Shown: positions 60,576-64,000 of the stretch, piece by piece
Layout: each line of letters begins with the position of its first letter
Position numbering within the stretch: the first letter of the stretch is position 1
Source of the DNA: Nitrospirales bacterium
GTDB lineage: Bacteria; Nitrospirota; Nitrospiria; Nitrospirales; UBA8639
Assembly: GCA_963422365.1 (NCBI GenBank)
Contig: OY729426.1
Span: forward strand, 224,001 to 288,000
Length of the DNA: 64,000 bases
Direction of reading: 5' to 3'
The notes under the pieces: generated by a model
The model's database searches: none
What the model was told of the DNA's origin: nothing
What the model saw: the letters and a program-made list of their open reading frames with translations, nothing else
Program-made: the position numbers and the translations under genes

Positions 60576-62021
60576 ATGAATAAAAAATCCCTCTTCTATG
60601 CAATCGCGCTTGCAATCACCGCCTTCTACCTGGTCATGGTGGGCTTTTATCGATGGGGAGACGGAACCCCGCCTCGTATCACGTTGGTCGAGCCTTTCAC
60701 CCAAGCTGGTCCGACGACCCCGTTGACGCTCCACGTCGAGGATACAGGAACGGGTCTCCAGAACATCACCGTCCGCATTGTCCAAAACCTTGAGAGTTAC
60801 ACCCTGGCGCAAGAACAGTTTCCCTCACAAGCAACCCTTTCCCTAGGAGAGAGCACCCACCACACCTTTGACCTCGACATCATCCCCTTTGGTGACGACA
60901 CCATCCCTAAACGGCGAGGACAGGTTAAATTGGTCATTGCGGCACGAGATTATTCTTGGCGAGGATTTTTTGAAGGGAATTGGACACGAATCGAACAAGA
61001 CGTAACCGTAAAATTTACTCCGCCACGGGTCGAAGTGTTATCAACGCCCTTGCCCGTTTCACAAGGAGGAGCGGGGGCTGTAGTGTACCGCGTCTCTCAA
61101 GATGCCAAACGACACGGAGTCCAAATCGGCAAGGCCTTTTTCCCGGGATACCCAAACTCTGATCAAGACTTTAGCGTGTTTTCACTCTTTGCCTTTCCTC
61201 ATCACGTACCGGCCTCGACCCCGGTGACACTCATTGCGGACGACGGCTTAGGCAATCATGCAGAACAGCGGCTTGATGTCACCGTCCTTCCAAAACAGTG
61301 GCGATCCCGAAGCATTACGATTTCCGATCACTTCATCGAGCAGATCATTCGCCCCATCATTGCTCAGACCCCTGAGATCGAAGACCTGGCCAATCCGCTT
61401 CGTAACTTTCTGCAAGTCAATAAGGTGTTACGAAAACAGACTGCCGACCAACTCACGGCCCTGGCCTTGAACAGCCAACCTGCGTTCATGTGGAAGGGCG
61501 CCTTTATCCAATTATCCAACTCCCAGGTGGAAGCGGGGTTTGCCGATCACCGCAAATATCTCTATCGCGGAACAGTCGTGGACACTCAATATCATTTAGG
61601 GTTTGATTTGGCCGTTACCAAACGGTACCCCGTCGAATCCGCTAATGATGGAAAAGTCGTGCTGGCAGAGTATGTGGGCATTTACGGAAACACCATTGTG
61701 ATCGATCATGGATATGGGCTTCAGTCATTGTATGCGCATTTGTCCTCATTCGCCGCCGAGAAAGGAGATCGTGTCCGCAAAGGACAAATCATCGGAAGAT
61801 CAGGCATGACGGGTTTAGCCGGTGGCGATCATTTGCATTTCAGCTTGCTGCTTCACGGAGTACAGATCAATCCCATGGAATGGTGGGACCCCCGTTGGGT
61901 GGAATCCCACATGAGTGCGCTCCTTCACAAGAACGACGGGGCTGCTCAGACACGGGGACTTCAAAACCAGATGGGCCCCTCCCCCTCACTCTTATCTCCT
62001 GCCCCCCGACCACATTTCTAG
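60576..62021 (+). CDS. M23-family metallopeptidase
   Basis: HLGFD, YGN..VIDHG, YAHLS, HLHF. Confidence 0.92.
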   Translation: MNKKSLFYAIALAITAFYLVMVGFYRWGDGTPPRITLVEPFTQAGPTTPLTLHVEDTGTGLQNITVRIVQNLESYTLAQEQFPSQATLSLGESTHHTFDLDIIPFGDDTIPKRRGQVKLVIAARDYSWRGFFEGNWTRIEQDVTVKFTPPRVEVLSTPLPVSQGGAGAVVYRVSQDAKRHGVQIGKAFFPGYPNSDQDFSVFSLFAFPHHVPASTPVTLIADDGLGNHAEQRLDVTVLPKQWRSRSITISDHFIEQIIRPIIAQTPEIEDLANPLRNFLQVNKVLRKQTADQLTALALNSQPAFMWKGAFIQLSNSQVEAGFADHRKYLYRGTVVDTQYHLGFDLAVTKRYPVESANDGKVVLAEYVGIYGNTIVIDHGYGLQSLYAHLSSFAAEKGDRVRKGQIIGRSGMTGLAGGDHLHFSLLLHGVQINPMEWWDPRWVESHMSALLHKNDGAAQTRGLQNQMGPSPSLLSPAPRPHF

Positions 62022-62031
62022 AAAATTGTTG

Positions 62032-64000
62032 ATGGCACGATCACCAACGCGCACTCCAACCAAGGGCAAGACCGCCCGAGCACACATCACCACAGTGCCG
62101 CTCGATCAAACCGCGCGCCAGCGGTACCTGAACTACGCGCTGTCCGTCATTACCGCACGCGCCTTACCCGACGTGCGGGACGGCCTGAAACCGGTGCAGC
62201 GGAGAATTCTGTTTTCCATGTTTCACAACCACCGATTATCGCCTGACCGGCCACCCATTAAAAGCGCAAAAGTCGTGGGGTCGGTGATTGGTGAATGGCA
62301 TCCCCACGGCGATTCCGCGGTCTATGACGCCATGGCTCGCATGGCACAATGGTGGTCCCTTCGTGCCCCCCTGGTCGATGGCCATGGCAACTTCGGCAGT
62401 CTGGACGGCGATCCCCCTGCGGCCTACCGGTACACCGAAGCCAAACTCACCCCGGTCGCCATCGAGCTTCTGAACGAACTGAACAAAGACACCGTTGACT
62501 TCCAGGCCAATTATGACGGCAAGGATAAAGAGCCACTGGTTCTGCCCGCTCCGTTTCCCCATCTGTTGGTCAATGGTTCCACCGGCATTGCCGTCGGCAT
62601 GGCGACCAACATTCCGCCACACAATCTTGAGGAAGTCATCAACGGAGCCGTGGCCTTGGTCGATGACCGAACCTGCACGATCTCCGATCTCATGAAGGTG
62701 ATTAAAGGTCCTGATTTTCCCACGGGCGGGGAAATTCTGAACACCCGGACCGAGCTTCGTGAGATCTATGAAACCGGCCAGGGGTTGGTTCGCTTGCGCG
62801 GGGAGTTCACCGTTGTCCCCCACTCGCATGGCCAATCCCAAATCATCATTACCTCGATACCCTTTGCCGTGGACAAAGCCACGATTGTCGAACGCATCGG
62901 CGAACTCATCGCCACCAAAAAAGTGCCGCAGTTGGTTGATATCCGCGACGAATCCACGACCGACGTCCAAATCGTGTTGGAGCTTCAGAAGGATGCCGAT
63001 GCCCATCTGGCCATGGCCTATCTGTTTAAAAACACCCCGCTCCAAAATAATTTTTCCGTCAATCTGACGTGTTTGATTCCAACCTCACGCGCCACCACGG
63101 CACGACCTCGCTGCTTACCCCTGAAAGCAATCCTTGAACAATTCATCGACTTTCGCTTTGAAACGGTCACGCGCCGGTTCTCCTATGATCTGAGAATACT
63201 CGAACAACGCATCCATACCCTTTCGGGTTTTCAAATCATTTTTGACGCGTTGGACGACGTGCTCACGATCATTCGTCAAAGTGAAGGCAAAGCGGACTCC
63301 GCCGAAAAGCTGAAACGCGGTTTCCGACTCGACGACGCCCAAACCAACGCACTCCTGGAAACGCCGATCTATAGACTGTCCCGGACCGAAATCAAAAAAA
63401 TGCTGGAAGAGCTTGTCGACAAAAAAACCCAAGCCCAGGAACTCAAGACCCTCCTCGCCTCGAAGACGAAATTATGGAATGCCGTCAAACAAGAGCTCCA
63501 AGACCTTGCCAAGACGTCTGGCGACAAACGACGGACCAAAGTCGGGTGTCGCCAGAGCGACGAAGTCGAATTCGACCCTGAGGCCTACATCGTCAAAGAA
63601 GATGCCGTGATCACCATTTCAACGGATGGGTGGATCCGCCGCGTCGGGATGGTCAAAGATCTGTCGAAAACGCGGCTCCGGGAAGGCGACAACCTTCTGA
63701 CCGCCTTAATCGGAAGCACCGTGGACACCATGGTGTGCTTTTCGAATTTCGGCAGCGCGTACACCATCCGCATTGGTGATCTTCGCCCTGCTCGGAGTGG
63801 CTATGGAGATCCCGCACAAAAATTGTTTAAATTTCAAGACGGGGAACGCCTCATCGCAGCCCTCAGTTCGGACCCCAGATTGCATTCCTCGCCATCTGAC
63901 CCTCGACAACCCATGGCACCGGAGCTCCCGCTCTTCGACGGACCAACGGCAGGAGGAGCCGATCCCGTTTCCTCTCAACAAGGGATCGCCGTCTCATCAG
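62032..64000 (+). CDS. Type IIA topoisomerase subunit A (GyrA/ParC), runs off the window
   Basis: YALSVITARALPDVRDGLKPVQRR, HPHGDSAVY, GNFGS..GDPPAAYRYTE, GIAVGMATNIPPHN. Confidence 0.96.
   Translation, partial: MARSPTRTPTKGKTARAHITTVPLDQTARQRYLNYALSVITARALPDVRDGLKPVQRRILFSMFHNHRLSPDRPPIKSAKVVGSVIGEWHPHGDSAVYDAMARMAQWWSLRAPLVDGHGNFGSLDGDPPAAYRYTEAKLTPVAIELLNELNKDTVDFQANYDGKDKEPLVLPAPFPHLLVNGSTGIAVGMATNIPPHNLEEVINGAVALVDDRTCTISDLMKVIKGPDFPTGGEILNTRTELREIYETGQGLVRLRGEFTVVPHSHGQSQIIITSIPFAVDKATIVERIGELIATKKVPQLVDIRDESTTDVQIVLELQKDADAHLAMAYLFKNTPLQNNFSVNLTCLIPTSRATTARPRCLPLKAILEQFIDFRFETVTRRFSYDLRILEQRIHTLSGFQIIFDALDDVLTIIRQSEGKADSAEKLKRGFRLDDAQTNALLETPIYRLSRTEIKKMLEELVDKKTQAQELKTLLASKTKLWNAVKQELQDLAKTSGDKRRTKVGCRQSDEVEFDPEAYIVKEDAVITISTDGWIRRVGMVKDLSKTRLREGDNLLTALIGSTVDTMVCFSNFGSAYTIRIGDLRPARSGYGDPAQKLFKFQDGERLIAALSSDPRLHSSPSDPRQPMAPELPLFDGPTAGGADPVSSQQGIAVSS

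Noticed and set aside
62236..63981. 269-aa minus-strand ORF and other short ORFs
   Set aside because: Antisense or alternate-frame shadows of the topoisomerase gene.
1..64000. CRISPR array, integron cassettes, prophage or retron
   Set aside because: No regularly spaced repeats and no cas, integrase, reverse transcriptase or phage structural genes were seen; the REP palindromes are dispersed.

Overview
Bacterial chromosomal window. The gene set and order (tandem monoheme cytochromes c, tolQRAB-lipoprotein-mutL-miaA-mtnP-pfkB-rodZ run, FGE-like and HEAT proteins) resemble Nitrospirales; this assignment is my inference. The core backbone includes secA (partial), a TonB/TPR/ExbBD cluster, four tRNAs, a UvrD-family helicase, tol genes, mltD, pyrE, trmI, nfeD/SPFH, trkA, lpxC, mlaA, an M23 peptidase and a type IIA topoisomerase A subunit (partial). 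Four decayed accessory patches interrupt it (about 2.75-3.95, 12.3-16.4, 36.3-40.9 and 53.7-55.4 kb). They hold IS481 remnants, broken HipBA and HigBA modules, a pseudogenised TonB-dependent receptor/methyltransferase operon with a Fur-like box, and broken DUF1640-like genes. GTAG-type REP palindromes are dispersed through the window. No CRISPR array or rRNA was seen. The best candidates for something undescribed are (1) a multi-stem RNA leader before a DUF6445 oxygenase that sits divergently from a PLP decarboxylase and next to a POT transporter, (2) a tol operon with a repeat-extended TolA and a ~600-aa coiled-coil lipoprotein where pal/cpoB usually lie, and (3) a complete sigma54 enhancer/IHF promoter on lpxC.
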